DNA from: Chiloscyllium plagiosum
Taxonomy: Eukaryota
Direction: 5' to 3'
DNA: 64,000 bases
NCBI RefSeq assembly: GCF_004010195.1
Contig: NC_057746.1
Location: forward strand, 16,812,820-16,876,819
Under the pieces are notes generated by a model. That model did not search any database, was not told where the DNA came from, and saw nothing but the letters and a program-made list of their open reading frames with translations. The position numbers and the translations under genes are program-made. The stretch's first letter is position 1. The number at the start of each line of letters is the position of its first letter. This document shows positions 37,101-50,411 of this stretch, piece by piece.

Positions 37101-38095
37101 CTCTTAGTCACGTGTTCACTTCCCTAACTTTCTTATCCCCCTGCCAATTAGCACACGGCTCGGGCAGTAATCTAGAGATTGTGACTCTCAAGGACCTGTT
37201 CTTCAATTTCCTTCCTAATGCTTGATACCTCTCAAACTGGTCCTCCTTCTGAGCCTTGCCTACATTGTTTGTGCCAATGTAGACCACAACAACTGAATCC
37301 TCTCCCTCCTGCTCTAATATCCTTTCGAGCCGGTCGGAGATGTCCTGTATCCTGGCACCGGGCAAGCAACACACCATGCGAGCCATACGATCTGGCTCGC
37401 AAAGGATACTATCCCCCAACACAACTATTGGCTTTTTGCTCCCCCCTCTTAAATGGCCTTCTGCACCATGGTGTCGTGGTTAGCTGGCGCATCCTATCCA
37501 CAGCCCTTTTCCTCATCCATACAGGGAGCAAATATCTCATATCTGTTGGACAAGGTTAAGGGCTGAGGTTTGTCCACTCCTGAAGTCAGGATCCCCCTAC
37601 CTGCCTCACTTACAGTCACAGCCTGTTGTTCCTGATCACTAACTGAATTTGAATTACTTCATCTACTTGGTGTGACTGCCTCCTGAAACAAAGCGTCCAA
37701 GTAGCTCTTCCCCTTTCCGAATGTGCTGCAGTTTGAAGATCAGATTCCAGATCATCAATTCTGATCCGGAGTTCTTTCAGCAACCAACACTTACTGCAGA
37801 TGTGGTCACTGTCATTTACAATTGGATCAGCCAGCTCCCATATCATACAGCTAAAGCACATCACCTGTTCAGTCACCTCTACTTATTTAATTAGTTTATA
37901 GAAATTTATGAGTTAAATAATTTCTATACTTCTCTATCACCTTATTCAATTAGCCAACTGATAATATACTTTTATTCAATCACATGATACACAATAAATA
38001 TCACTTGAAACACCTTATCTTAGCAACACACAAGAGTCCTTTGTTTTGGTTAGAAGAGGACGGAAGGTAGGAGACACGTGTAGTGTCTTGGGATT
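34138..38095 (-). mobile_element. Near-full-length but decayed CR1 LINE: ORF1 (zinc finger/coiled coil plus SGNH esterase) and ORF2 (APE endonuclease plus RT, internally deleted)
   Basis: ORF1 CFSCMIWE...HICSKC..LRIRIDDLE (37616-37876) and LGDSI...VCCLPGARIQD...VVVYIGTNN (37108-37422); EN YLNAHSIRNK..VGITETW and AILDLVLCN; RT C-terminus LVRPHLEYCVQFW. Confidence 0.9.
34797..35098 (-). mobile_element. Full-length HE1-like tRNA-derived SINE nested in CR1
   Basis: A and B boxes on the minus strand, (tctaa) tail, 8-bp TSD cctttaga (34789-34796 / 35099-35106). Confidence 0.9.
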
Positions 38096-38696
38096 CAGCT
38101 GCTGTCAAAATATATACTTGAAACTCCCGGAAACAATCTGAAACTATCCATGGAGAGGCGAGTCAATCTGTTCACTTGGAGCAGTTGGGATAACAGAAAT
38201 CCTGCCATTTTAGAGTGGGACATGATCAGAAACCTATGTATACAATCCTGTGACGTCCAGTTGTGAATGCTGGTGGCCACCTGAACAACTAATAGGAAGA
38301 GGAGGCTCCACAAATGTTCCTAACCTCAATGATGCAGGAGCTCAGTATATTAAAGCAAACCAGCACTTGCAATCAATCATCTTCAGCCAGCGGTACTGAG
38401 TGGATGAACCATCCTGCCTTCTATCTGCAAATCCCAGCATTACAGATGTCAGTCTTCAGCAATTTGAAATCAAGAAATGGCTCTGAATATGAGGAAGTGA
38501 TTAACAGAAAAAGATAGGGTTTTAGAGAAAAGCACAGTCAGATGGAAATTAGAATTATTCCATTCTGATGTAGTTCGATGCAAAATATCAAGTTGGCATT
38601 GATGTCTGTTCTGGTGAAAGACAACTACAGGTGAGACTAGCAGATTGATTAGGTTTATTTTGTAGGTATTTATGCCCTTGCTTATGAATATTGAAG

Positions 38697-38880
38697 GAGA
38701 AAGTGAGGTCTGCAGATGCTGGAGATCAGAGCTGAAAATGTGTTGCTGGAAAAGCGCAGCAGGTCAGGCAGGCATAAGAAGGGCTTATGCCCTGAAGAAG
38801 GGCTTATGCCCGAAACGTCGATTCTCCTGTTCCCTGGATGCTGCCTGACCTGCTGCGCTTTTCCAGCAACACATTTTCAG
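38697..38880. mobile_element. Palindromic Penelope-like insert with intact minimal hammerhead core (38792-38819)
   Basis: Perfect 15-bp TSD ttatgaatattgaag (38682-38696 / 38881-38895); inverted arms; CTGAAGA-a-GGGCttatGCCC-GAAA-CGTC. Confidence 0.85.
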
Positions 38881-38998
38881 TTATGAATATTGAAGCAAAC
38901 TCAATGTGATTGTCTAGCCGATATTTGAGACATCAGCATCTCACAATGGAGGATAAATGAAAATCTTCAAACATTAATCCACGTTTAACTTTTGATGA

Positions 38999-39078
38999 GA
39001 TTAGATTCCCTACAGTGTGGAAACAGGCCCTCCGGCCCAACAAGTCCACACCGACCCTCTGAAGAGTAACCCACTCAG
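38999..39078 (-). mobile_element. HE1-like SINE 3' tail fragment
   Basis: gattagattccctacagtgtggaaacaggccc...accctctgaagagtaacccac. Confidence 0.8.
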
Positions 39079-40789
39079 ACTCACTATTTTAAAGTGAGTG
39101 TGTGTGATATTTGAGTGTTGTGTGTGTGTTGATGTCAAATGTGCAGAAAGCACTAAAGAATTGATTCCAGACATGCACAGCTGTTTGAAAAACAGCATGA
39201 CAAAAAATTCTAAAATAACAGAAAAAATATTTATAAAATGCCATATCACATTCTACAGGGGGATTCATATGAAGGCAATGAAGATGATAATGGTGAGACA
39301 GACTGAAATAATGTAAAATGGACTGATGTTGTGACATTTGAAGAGAGAAATAATATGCACTAGCAATGAACCACAAGGTGGATCAATACGAATGAATATT
39401 TATTACCAAACTTACATCAATGGAATGACACCAGGAATCACAGGATTGTGGAATGTAACAGGACAAAGACACATCTCCATATCGCATAAGTACAAGTTGA
39501 TTGGAGTCATTTCCCTGTAATGCAGAAATATGAAATGATTAGAGTCATTTACCTGCAACCTGAAAGTATTTTGTTTGTCAAAAAATAAAGTTTGAAAGAA
39601 CTCACAAAGCTGAGTTGAAGCAAAACCACTTCAGTAATCTGAGAAAGAGCTCCAAATAAAAACACTCACTGTGCATTTTTAAAGGTACAAACCATTCCGA
39701 AAAGCACAAGAAGATAGAAAATTTTTCATGATCATATCATGTCACCTCATAAAATGCCAGCCTCTAAATGAGGGAACTATTTGACCAGCATGACCGTAGA
39801 TCAGTGATTTCCCGGTTCTCAATTATTGCATTGAACAATTACAACTTTTATAAAAGGAGCTCTTTTCACTTAAGATGGAAAATTGAACAGGAGTGGTCTT
39901 ATAATTACCAAAATAAAATCTAACTAGTTAATAAAATCATAATCATTATCTGTGGAGAGAAATCAAAGTTAACATTTCAGGACAAGTGACCTTTCCTGGA
40001 CCCGGAACATTAATTCTGATCTCACTCCACAGATGCTTCCAGATCTGTTGAGCTTTTCTAGCAATTTCTGTTTCTGCTTCTTATTTCTAGCATCTATGGT
40101 TCTTTTTTATTTAAATAAAGAAGTAATCTTGTCTTTAAATTTATAATCGAAGAGGACTTGTTGCATAGAATATAAATTCATGTATACGAACTTTGTAATA
40201 TTTGTCTGTTTATAACTCATAAAGTGTGGATATCACCATTTTGAATATCCTGGGAGTAACCACTGACCAGAAGCTGATCTGAGCGAGCCATATAAATTCC
40301 ATGGCTACAAGAATAGGTGAGAGGCTAGGAATTCTATGGAAACAAAACTCACCTTTTGCCTCCCTGAGGCTTGTTCACAGTTTCCAAGGTTCAAGTGAGA
40401 TGGAATACTTGCTTGGATGAACGCAGTTTCTATAATATTCATCACTCAAGAATGTTGACACCATCCAGGAGTAAGCAGACAACTTAACTAGCACCCAATT
40501 CACAATCTTCAACGTTCACTCCTTTCACCACTGGTACCCAGTGGAAACTGTATCATATACAAGATGCATTGCCATAATTCCTCAAGGGAAACCTGCCCCT
40601 CAGTCTTAAAATCACAGGCAACAGTTTTAATCAGTAAAGATGGTAAAGAGAATGCAAAACATTTATTAAGCTGTAATAGACAGCATAACTCAACCATAGA
40701 CAAAGAAGCTGCAAATTCTCCATTTGACAATAGAAAATGTGAATCCTCCATTTTCACCACAGGAGCACGGGGAAATCATCGGTAAGCAG

Positions 40790-43700
40790 TACAATGCATT
40801 GCTATACTGTGAAACGGCAATCCCAGTTAGGAACAGGATCCCTGGAAGGTATGTTGCTTCTCCGGTGCCAGGATCTGGGATGCTGCCGATGGGGTTTACA
40901 GGATTCTGAAGGGGGAGGGGGAGCAGCCAGAAATAGTGGTACAGTGTATTGGCAACAATGATATAGCCAGGAAAGGGTTTGAAGATCTGAAAAGCGACTA
41001 CAGAGAGCTAGGTTGGAAGCTGAACAGCAGGACGAATAAAGTAGTGATCTCAGGTTTGCTACTGGTGCCACGAGACAGTGAGGTGAGGAACAGTCAGCGA
41101 ATTCAGCTTAACATGTGGCTGCGAGTCTGGTGCAGGCGGGAGGGGTTCAGGTATTTAGATCTTTGCCTTCTGGGGAAGGTGGGACCTGTTCAAGAAGGAC
41201 AGGTTGCACCTGAACAGGAGGGGCACAAATATCCAGGGTGGGAGATTTGTTCGAGTGGTTTGGGATGGTTTAAACTAGTTTGGGAAGGGTGTGGGAACCA
41301 GAGCTACATATCTGAGAGGGGGATAGTTGTTGATAGGACAGTGACAGGATGTAGTGAATCTGTCAGGAAGGTTTTTCACATGATGAAACAAAGGGATCAG
41401 TTAAAGTGTGTCTGCTTTAACACAAGGAGTGTCAGAAATAAGAGTGGTGAACTTAGAGAATGGATCAGTACTTGGGACTATGATGTTGTGGCGATAATGG
41501 AGATGTGGATTTCACAGGGGTAGAAATGATTGCTAGATGTTCCAGGGTTTAGAACGTTTAAAAAGAACAGGAGGGGTGCAGCATTGCTAATCAGAGAGTG
41601 CATCATAGCTACGGAAATGCAGGTTATTGAGGAAGGTTTGTCTACTGAGTCAGTATAGGTGGAAGTTAGGAATAGCAAGGGTGCAGCCAACTCATTGGAT
41701 ATTTTCTACAGACCCCCCTAATAGCAGTAGAGAGAATTCATAGGCAAGCAGAGTTTAGAAAAATGCAGAGGTGGCAGGGTTGTTGCTATGGGTGACTTCA
41801 ACTTTCCCAATATCGACTGGAACCTCCTTCGTGCAGATGGTTTGGATGGAGACGTTTTTGTCAGGTGTGTTCAGGAGGGTTTCCATACTCAATATGTAGA
41901 CAGGCCGACAAGGGGAGAGGCCATTTTGGATTTGGTGCTCGGCAATGAGCCAGGACAGGTGTCAGATCTCATGGTGGGAGAACACTTTGGTGACAGTGAC
42001 CACAACTGCCTCACATTTACCACAGCCTTGGAGAGGGAAAGGAGCAGTTACCAGGGGAATATATTTAACTGGGGAAAAGGAAATTATGACGCTACCAGAC
42101 AGGAGTTGGAAAGTACAGATTGGGTGCAATTGTTCCACAGAAAAGGTACAACAGACATGTGCAGACTGTTTAAGGAGTGGTTGTTGTGAGTGATGCACAA
42201 ATTTATTTTCTGAGACAGGCAAGAAAGGGTAAGGTTAAGGACCCTTGGATGACGAGAACAGAAGAGCTTCTCGTCAAAAGGAAGAAGGCAGCTTACATAA
42301 AGTGGAGGAAGAAAGGATCAAGCACAGCTTTAGAGGATTACAGTCTTATAAGAAAGCTCAGAAATGGATTGAGGAAAGCTAAGAGGGTGCACGAAAAAGG
42401 CTTGGCAGGAAGGATTAGGAACAGCCCAAAGGCATTTTACTCATACGTGAGGAATAAGAGAGTGATCAGGGAGAAGGAAGGGCTGGTCAGGGATAGCGTA
42501 GGGAACTTATGCGTGGGGTCTGAGCAGATAGGGGAAGCCCTGAGTGAGTTTTTTGCTTTGGTTTCACTAAGGAAAGGGACCTTGTTGTGAATGAGAACTT
42601 TGAGGAGCTGGGAAACACGTTTGAACAGATCAAGATTGATGAAGTTGATGTGCTGGAAATTTTGGTCAACGTTAAGATTGATAGGCCAGACCGAGGTTGC
42701 TCCAGGAAGCAAGAAAGGAGGTTGCTATGCCACTTTACTTCCTCACTCTCCATGGGAGTCATACCAGAGGATTAGAGGGAGGTGAATGTTGTTCCTCTTT
42801 TCAAGCAGGGGAATGGGAAAGTCCCTGGCAATTACAGACCCGTCAGTCTTACGTCTGTGGTCAGCAAGGTTCTGGAAAGAATTCTGAGGGATAGGATTTA
42901 TGACTATTTGGAAATGCATGGTGTTATTAAAGGCAGTCAGCATAGCTTAGTAAGGGGCAGGTCATGCCTCACAAATCTTATTGAATTCTTTGATGAGATG
43001 AAGAGAAAGGTCGATGAAGGTTGAGCAGTGGATGTGGTGAATATGGATTTCAGCAAGGCGTTTGAAAAGATTCCCCATGGTAGGTTCATTCATAAAGTCA
43101 GGAGGAATGGGATACAGGGAGATTTGGCTGTCTGAATTCAAAATTGTTGGCTGACAGAGGGCAGAGAGTGGTTGTAGATGGAAAGTATTCAGCCTGGAGG
43201 TCAATGGTGAGTGGTATCCTGCACAGCTCTGTTCTTGGGCCTCTGCTCTTTGTAGTTTTTATAAAAGACTTGGATGAAGAGGTTGATCATTTTCCAATGA
43301 TACAAAGATTGGAGTTGCCTTGATTGTATCGAGAGCTATTGCAGACTGCAGTGCGACACAGACAAGATGCAGAGCTGGGCTGAGAAATGGCAGATGGAGT
43401 TCAACCTGGATAAATGCAAAGTGATGCATTTTGGAAAGTTGCACTTGAATGCTGAATATAGGATTAAAGACAGGATTCTTGGCAGTGTGGAGGAACAGAG
43501 GGATCTGGATGTGTAAGTACATCGTTACCACCTCAAAGTTACCACCCAAGTGGATAGGGTTGCTCAGAAAGCATATGGTGTTTTGGCTTTCATTAACAGG
43601 GGGATTGAGTTTAAGAGCCGCGAGAGTTTGCTGCAGTTCTACAAGACCCGGTGAGACTACACTTGGCATACTCTGTCCAGTTCTGGTCACCCTATTATAG

Positions 43701-44204
43701 GAAAGATACGGAGGCTTTGGTGAGGGTGCAAGGAAGGTTTACCAGGATGCTGCCTGGACTGGACGGCTTGTCTTACGGAGGGAGGTTGACTAAGCTCAGA
43801 CTTTTCTCTCTGAGAGAAGGAGGAAGAGCAGTGACCTGATCAAGGTATACAAGTAATGAGAGGCATGGATAGAGTCAATTGCCAGAGACTTTCCCCAGGG
43901 CAGGATTGACTGGTACGGGGGCTTATAGTTTTAAGATATTAGGAGGATGGTATAGAGGAGATGTCAGAGATAGGCTCTTTATGCAGAGAGTTGTGAATGC
44001 ATGGAATGCGTTGCCAGCGGTGGCGGTGGGAGCAGAGTCATTAGGTATATTTAAGCGACTGTTGGACATGCATATGGACAGCAGTAAATTGAGGGGTGCG
44101 TAGGTTTGGTTATTTTTATTTTAGATTAGGAATAATTCTTGGCACAACATCATGGGCTGCTGGGCCTGTTCTGTGCTGTACATTTCTATGTTCTATGTTC
44201 TATG
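40790..44204 (+). mobile_element. Long decayed CR1 LINE (partial ORF1 esterase, ORF2 EN-RT, 3' tail)
   Basis: IGNNDI..KVVISGLL (ORF1); CFNTRSVRNK, MGDFNFPNIDW, RPTRGEAILDLVL, SDHN, PGNYRPVSLTSVV, SCLTNLIEFF; (ttctatg)n tail at about 44184-44204. Confidence 0.92.
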
Positions 44205-44342
44205 AAATTAAATCCAGGTAATGTGGAGTATTTCATCACTTATCTGACTTGTGCACTATGATGTATAAGGTGTTTGGATCTAAAAGTGTTATTGCTGAGC
44301 AGTGTATTCAGCTTGACTCAATGTGGTGATGTCATTCGAAGC

Positions 44343-44680
44343 CATAGAAACATAGAAAACAGGAGCGGGAATTGTCATCTAATCCTTCAAGCCTACTCTA
44401 TTAACCAGTGTGATCATGGCTTGTCATCCAACTCTGTTGTTCCTGCTTTCACCCCTTACACTTTGATTACTCTAACCTTAAGAAATATATCTAGCTCCTT
44501 GTTGAAAACATTCAATGTTTGGACCTCAACCTCTTTTTGTGGCAGAGAATTCCATAGGCTCACCACTCACTGAGTGAAGAAACGTCTCCTCCTCCCAGTT
44601 GTAAATGACCTATCCTGTATCCTTAGAACATGAGGTTTCGGATACCTCAGTCTTTGGAAATATCCTTCCTGCATCAGTCC
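44343..44680 (-). mobile_element. CR1 3'-terminal fragment
   Basis: Starts with the catagaaacatagaaaacaggag tail in reverse orientation. Confidence 0.7.
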
Positions 44681-45412
44681 AATGAACTTTTGTTGTTCTC
44701 CCTTGTCATGGTTTAAAGACGTTTAATAACTGTGCATAGATTGAAAGAGGCAGCAACAATTCTGTCCAGAATAAAGTATTAAGGGACAAGGATAAATAGT
44801 TATGTGGGAATTGACAGCAAAATTAGCCATGACTGGGAAAAGGAGTCAAAGATATATGAACAAAACTGTTTTAACAACTGCTTGATAAATGGCTGCCTTA
44901 TGCCACAAGGACAACTTACTGCCCTGCAGAAGAACTTAAGGAGTTAACTTTGGGAAAGCTGTGTCTTCAAACACAGTGTTGGAGAAATTAGCCCAATAAA
45001 GCAGAGACCACACAAACAAGATGGGGTGAAATTGACAAGCTGTTTATGACAAGCCATATGGCTAGAAGAGAAATTGACTGACACAGAATAGGCTGACACA
45101 GAGCTGACAGTCTGTGCGGGTAGATCAAGGGTTCTCTTCTCCAGCTGAGGAAGAAACCAGATTTTATAATAATCTTGTACTATAAGGTTAATTAGAAATG
45201 GGGAAAGATACAATGCATCTGAGAATGGAGTGATCTAGTTACAATTATGCTAATTGGAAAACAGTTATCGGATGAATGTCTTGATTCTCAATACAATACA
45301 AGATCCTGACAGTATTAATGGGTCAGGAGATTCCAGTCTTCTAGGTGAGTAAGGTGCTTCCATTGTTCCTGTCCTTCGAGCAGGATCCTTTGGTGCCTCG
45401 CTGTCTGACCTT

Positions 45413-45494
45413 GAATTCTTTGAAAAGGTGACGAAGGAGGTTGATGAGGGGAAAGCGGTAGATGTGGTATATATGGATTTTAGTAAGGCGTTTG
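45413..45494 (+). mobile_element. 82-bp internal CR1 RT fragment flanked by a perfect 45-bp direct duplication
   Basis: Encodes EFFEKVTKEVDEGKAVDVVYMDFSKAF; flanks 45368-45412 and 45495-45539 are identical. Confidence 0.88.
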
Positions 45495-47754
45495 CCTGTC
45501 CTTCGAGCAGGATCCTTTGGTGCCTCGCTGTCTGACCTTTCTTTTGTGTAGCTTTGGTATTGCTGTGTTATGAGACTGCCCTCAGGGATTTGGGACAGCT
45601 GTGGTTGATCTGGTATTGTTAGTGGGTTTTAGGAAGTCTATTCCCTTGTCTGCGAGTGCTGTCTGGTTTCACTTGACAGCCTGTTTGATCCCTGCTGAGG
45701 CATTCTGGGTGTTTTTGGTATAGTTTGGCCAAGTTTGCTTTCCTATGTTCTGTGTGGGCCTATCATAGGTAGGCAGGTTGACACACAGTCAATGCCAAAT
45801 GTAGCAAAGGAACAGGGAAGCAACTTTTGAGAAGAAGGCAGTCTGCAGACATGCAATATTGGGAATAAAAGAATCAAAGGATCATCAAAAATGTCACACC
45901 ACAAAATTAATGGATGGAAAATTATATAAGAATTCAATTGCAGAATTCCTTGGTAGCAGAATTCTGGAGAATAACATGCACTAGGATTGAACCCTGGACA
46001 CATTGAGAGATAGAAACTGTTGGTTGGAATCATAGCTAAATTCCACCATTAATTAGTTAACAGTGAACTTGTGTTGTGAGATGTAACTTGCTTACTTGCG
46101 GCGTCTTATTTTGGTTGCTACAGTCAATAAAATTTAAATAATCGTTTCAGTATTGTGAGATTTCTCAATAAGTAGCAGCATTAAATGTAGCTTGTGGTAA
46201 TTTACACAACACCCTCCAGAGCCAGAACATCCTTCTGCAGATCAGGAGACCTTCACTGCACACAATACTGCAGGTGTAGTCTCACCAAGGCCCGACACAA
46301 TTGCAACAATCCCTGCTCCTGTACTCAAATCCTGTTACTGTGGAGATCAGCTTGCCACTTGTCTTCTTCACCAGCTGCCAGGAGGTCAGTGAGATGATTC
46401 ATAGTCACGACAGTCAACAGACTTGTAGATCCTGACTGAAAAGGAGGATTGAGGCAGCAAATCCAGATTCTACTGACCAAGAGTCCATTGACCTCATAGA
46501 ACATGGTGAGCAGTGACAAAGTTCCATCATACAATATCTTGTTGATGATGAACAGACCTTGGTGAGCCAGGAGGTGAGTTACTCACTGCAGAATTCCCAC
46601 CCTCTGAACTACTCTTAAAGCAACAGTGGCTGGTCTTGTTTAGTTTCTCCATCAATACTGGCAGTGGATAATTCAGAAATGGCAATTCCTGTGAATGTAA
46701 GATGGTGAGGTGAATGAAATATGTTGAGATTCTGCCTTGTTGAAGATGGGCTTTGTCTGGTACATGTTTGACATGAATGTAACTTCCCACCTGCCAGCCC
46801 AGAGCTTCATGCAGTACCATCTCTAGCTGTCTAAATGCATGGACTATTTTAAAGTTTGAGGTCTGAAGATCCATCAACAAGTACCCCTAGTTTGGACTTT
46901 ATGATGAGGGGAATGCCCTTGATTAAGCAGCTGGAAATGCTGGGACATACAACACTACTCTGAGGAACTTCAGCAGTTCAGTACTGTGGCTGGAATAGTA
47001 GTACTGATCAGCTTGATGAGGAACACCACAATGTCTGGAGCCCAAGACTTCAGCATTACTACCAGGATGTTGTCGGGGCTCATTCTTCTGCTGTCAAAAA
47101 GTGTGGTGCTGGAAAACACAGCCCGTCAGGTAGCATCCAAGGTGCAGAAGAGTTGATGTTCCAAGCATTAATTCTTCATCAGGAAGCATCAGCTCTTCAC
47201 TTTCTCCCTTATTCCTTTCCTGTGCATTCCTTTGCCTCAATGGATCCTGAAACCATGCTTGGCAGGAAGCACATTTCCACTCAGAATACTTAATTTTATT
47301 GATGGAGAGTAGATATCATTGACTTGGTCAACATCTATTGTCCATCAGACAATTACTGTGCATCTGAAGTCATATGTAGACCCAGACCAGGAAAGACTGG
47401 AAGGTTTCATCAGTGAGTGAGATTGAAACTAACCATGTTGATATCGTCAGCAATAGTCCGACTTTTAATTCCAGTCTTTTACTGAATTCACACTTCACTA
47501 TCTGCCACAAGGGAATGTGAACCCATGTCCCAAATCATTACCGTGGGATGTCAAGCACAGTGACATCACCATTAAGTCACTATTTTCCTTTACATGACAT
47601 GTTCACTGAATAATGTTTCCTCTCAAGGTCTGTGATTGTTAAGACAGTTGGATTGATCTTTTATTTTTGAAGAATATGAAACAGGAGTTAAGATCAGCAT
47701 TGATCTCATTGGATGAGTAGCAGCTTCGAGAGACTGATTCCTGGAATCATAGAA

Positions 47755-48005
47755 TAAAATCATGGAATCCCTAGAGTGTGAAAACATGCAATCCCTACAG
47801 GCATTCTGCCCATCCATTCTGAAGACCATCCCATCCAAACACACCCCCATACTCTATTTACCCAACCTGCACATCTTTGAACTGTTAGAGGAAATGGGAG
47901 TACCCAGAGTAAACCCATGCAAATTTGGGGAAAATATGCAAACTCCACAGAGACAGTTGCCCAAGGGTGGAATCAAGCCCGGATTCCTGATGCTGTAAGA
48001 CAGTC
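47755..48005 (-). mobile_element. HE1-like SINE inserted in the promoter region of orphan leader C
   Basis: Reverse-complement SINE body (aactccacagagacagttgcccaagggtggaatcaagccc). Confidence 0.75.
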
Positions 48006-48049
48006 ATTCAAAATATTTGGGTATGTTTTTTGAGTGTATTTTTCTGGAC

Positions 48050-48280
48050 ACTGATGACTCTTAAAATCTTTTTATTTTGTCAATGATATTTTGGGATCAA
48101 TCAGTATGAAAGTAACTGAGTGAACAGAAACATAGTTCATATCAGTCCAGGACACAGCACAGAGACTGAGACAATCTGGTGGGAAATAATTTCTCACCAA
48201 TTTCTCCCCACAGGCTGTCAACTGAAGTCAAATGATTGGACCGATAGTGCTGGGATTTCTGTGGGAAGAGCTCTCTGCAG
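48050..48280 (+). pseudogene. Orphan MHC class I promoter and leader exon (copy C; exon 48232-48280, MIGPIVLGFLWEELSA) with no downstream alpha1-alpha3 of its own
   Basis: 5' UTR, leader and intron start are homologous to copy B (22060-22400); intact G|gtgagt donor; X2 site ctgatgactc kept, Y box lost. Confidence 0.8.
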
Positions 48281-50038
48281 GTGAGTAATGGAGGTGATAG
48301 GGGGTGGGACAGTGCCAGGCCGGTACTGGGGTATCCAAACTGAGTCAATGGGTAATAAGGTGTGAAGGGCAATGACAGGCTAGGTAATGGGACTTTTACA
48401 CATGTCATGTTACTATTGTAATGGTTTATATGGTACAGTTTATCTGACTTCATGTTTTAACCTTCACTGAACCCACAAAAATAAAAGATTTATGTTCATT
48501 TGAAATGAAACATAAGGCAAGAGCAAACATCTTAGTTGATAAATTTAAATATTGACTGAACAGTAAAAGTCACAGAAGTTTAAAATGATAGAAGATTAAT
48601 TTTTAAGTAGAAGTAAAAAGAGAAAAGTCACTAGTTTTAGAATGAGACAGACATTGATGACTTCAGTTGTTGGGGCTGAAGTGAATTGTGAAATTCTCTT
48701 CTTTCCCCAAGGCTATATAATAGGTTAAGAAAGTGTCTTCTCTAAAGTTCAACTTCATATCTTTAACTTTTTTTTAAGTTATCTCTAATCAGCCTAACTA
48801 TCAAGCACTCATTGATTAACTTAACTGTCAGTTTATTTATGATTGATTTCTAACACTTTCCCAAATTCGTGAACACTTTCTCCTACGTAATGTCTCAGAA
48901 CGTATCAGAATGTTTCTCTATCTGATTGTTGTCTAATATTGCCTGGACTAATGTTGTACATTTCTGAACAAACTGGTTAAAATAACCAAAAGATCAGTTA
49001 CGAAGGTTTCATTTTCTCAACATTGCTTATCTCTGTATTTGAAAAATCACCATTTTATGCAGCAAAATGTAACAATATACACTTAAAATGTTATAATCTT
49101 ATAAAACATCACAGACATGCTGTTGTAGGTTATGCATTCAATCTTCATCAATATCTATTAATTAATTCCTTATTCTCTAATTACCTCACAGTTTAGGCTC
49201 AAAATCATTCCTGGCTGGTTTCCAACCTTGTAGAAACTGATTTCAAAAGTCTCCTGTGTTAGTCTCATACTGGCTTCTTCTTACCATGTTAACTTACTAT
49301 AACAAACAAACTGTAGAAATCATAAAATAATACTTAAAGTATTAGTGTTTTCGAATTACTAGCAATATTCGGACCATAGAAATGAATTCACAGCTAACAT
49401 GACAGATTGTACAGAGAAAACAGTCATTGCCCTCAAGGATGCAGTTTATAGACTGAAAGGGACAGTGTCAGTAAAGGACACAGAGGGAGAGTGTCAGTAC
49501 AGGACGCAGCTCACAGACTGAAACAGACAGTATAGCAACATGACACAGTTCACAGACTGAGAGGGACAGTGAGAATTCAGGACACAGGTCACAGACTGAG
49601 AGGGTCAATGTCAGCACAGGACACAGCTCACAGACTGAAAGAGATAGTCTCAGTACATGATACAGCTAACAGACTGAAAGGGAGAGTGATAATACAGGAC
49701 ACAGTTCACAGACTGAGAGGGATGTTGTCAGTACAAGGATACAGCTCAAAGACTGAGAGAGACAGTATTGGTAAAGGACACAACTCACAGACTGAAAGGG
49801 ACAGTGTCAATACTGGACACAGCTCACAGACTTGAGAGGAATAGTATCAGTAAAGGACACAGCTCAGACTGAAATGGACAGTGTCAGTGTAGGACAGCAC
49901 ACAAACTATGAAGGATAGTGGCAGTACAATAGACAGTTCATAGACTGAGGAGAGAGAGCATTGGTACAGGTTGCAGCTCACAGACTGTGATAGACAGTGT
50001 CAGTACAGGACACAGCTCACAGACTGAGAGAGACAGAG

Positions 50039-50350
50039 GGGCAGCATGGTGGCTTAGTGGTTATCACTGCTGCCTCACAGTGCCAGGGACCCGGGTTCAA
50101 TTTCAGCCTTGGGTAACTATCTGTGTAGAGTTTGCACATTCTATCCCTTGTGTTTGCATTGGTTTCTTCTCACAATCCAAACAAGTGCAGGTTAGGTGAA
50201 TTGCCCACAGTGTTTAGGGATGTGTAGGTCAGGTGCATTCATCAGGGGTAATGTAGAGTAATGTGGAATGGGTTTGGGTGTGATACTCTTCAGAGTGTTG
50301 GTGTGGACTTGCTGGGCTGAAGGGCCTGTTTCCACACTGCAGGGATTCCA
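50039..50350 (+). mobile_element. HE1-like SINE
   Basis: gggcagcatggtggcttagtggtt...cccgggttcaatt...gggcctgtttccacactgcagggatt. Confidence 0.88.
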
Positions 50351-50411
50351 TGGGAAATTCTATGGTACAGGACACAGCTCATAGACTTGAGAGGGAGGGT
50401 GTCAGTACACG

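Noticed and set aside
44690-46160. Possible LTR remnant around the 45-bp duplication
   Set aside because: I could not identify matching termini or a TSD.
49420-50036. CRISPR-like array, RSS heptamer array, or repeat-protein ORF (49569-49835)
   Set aside because: Contiguous degenerate 39-bp units with no unique spacers and no heptamer-spacer-nonamer arrangement; the frame is broken by indels and stops; the context is eukaryotic.
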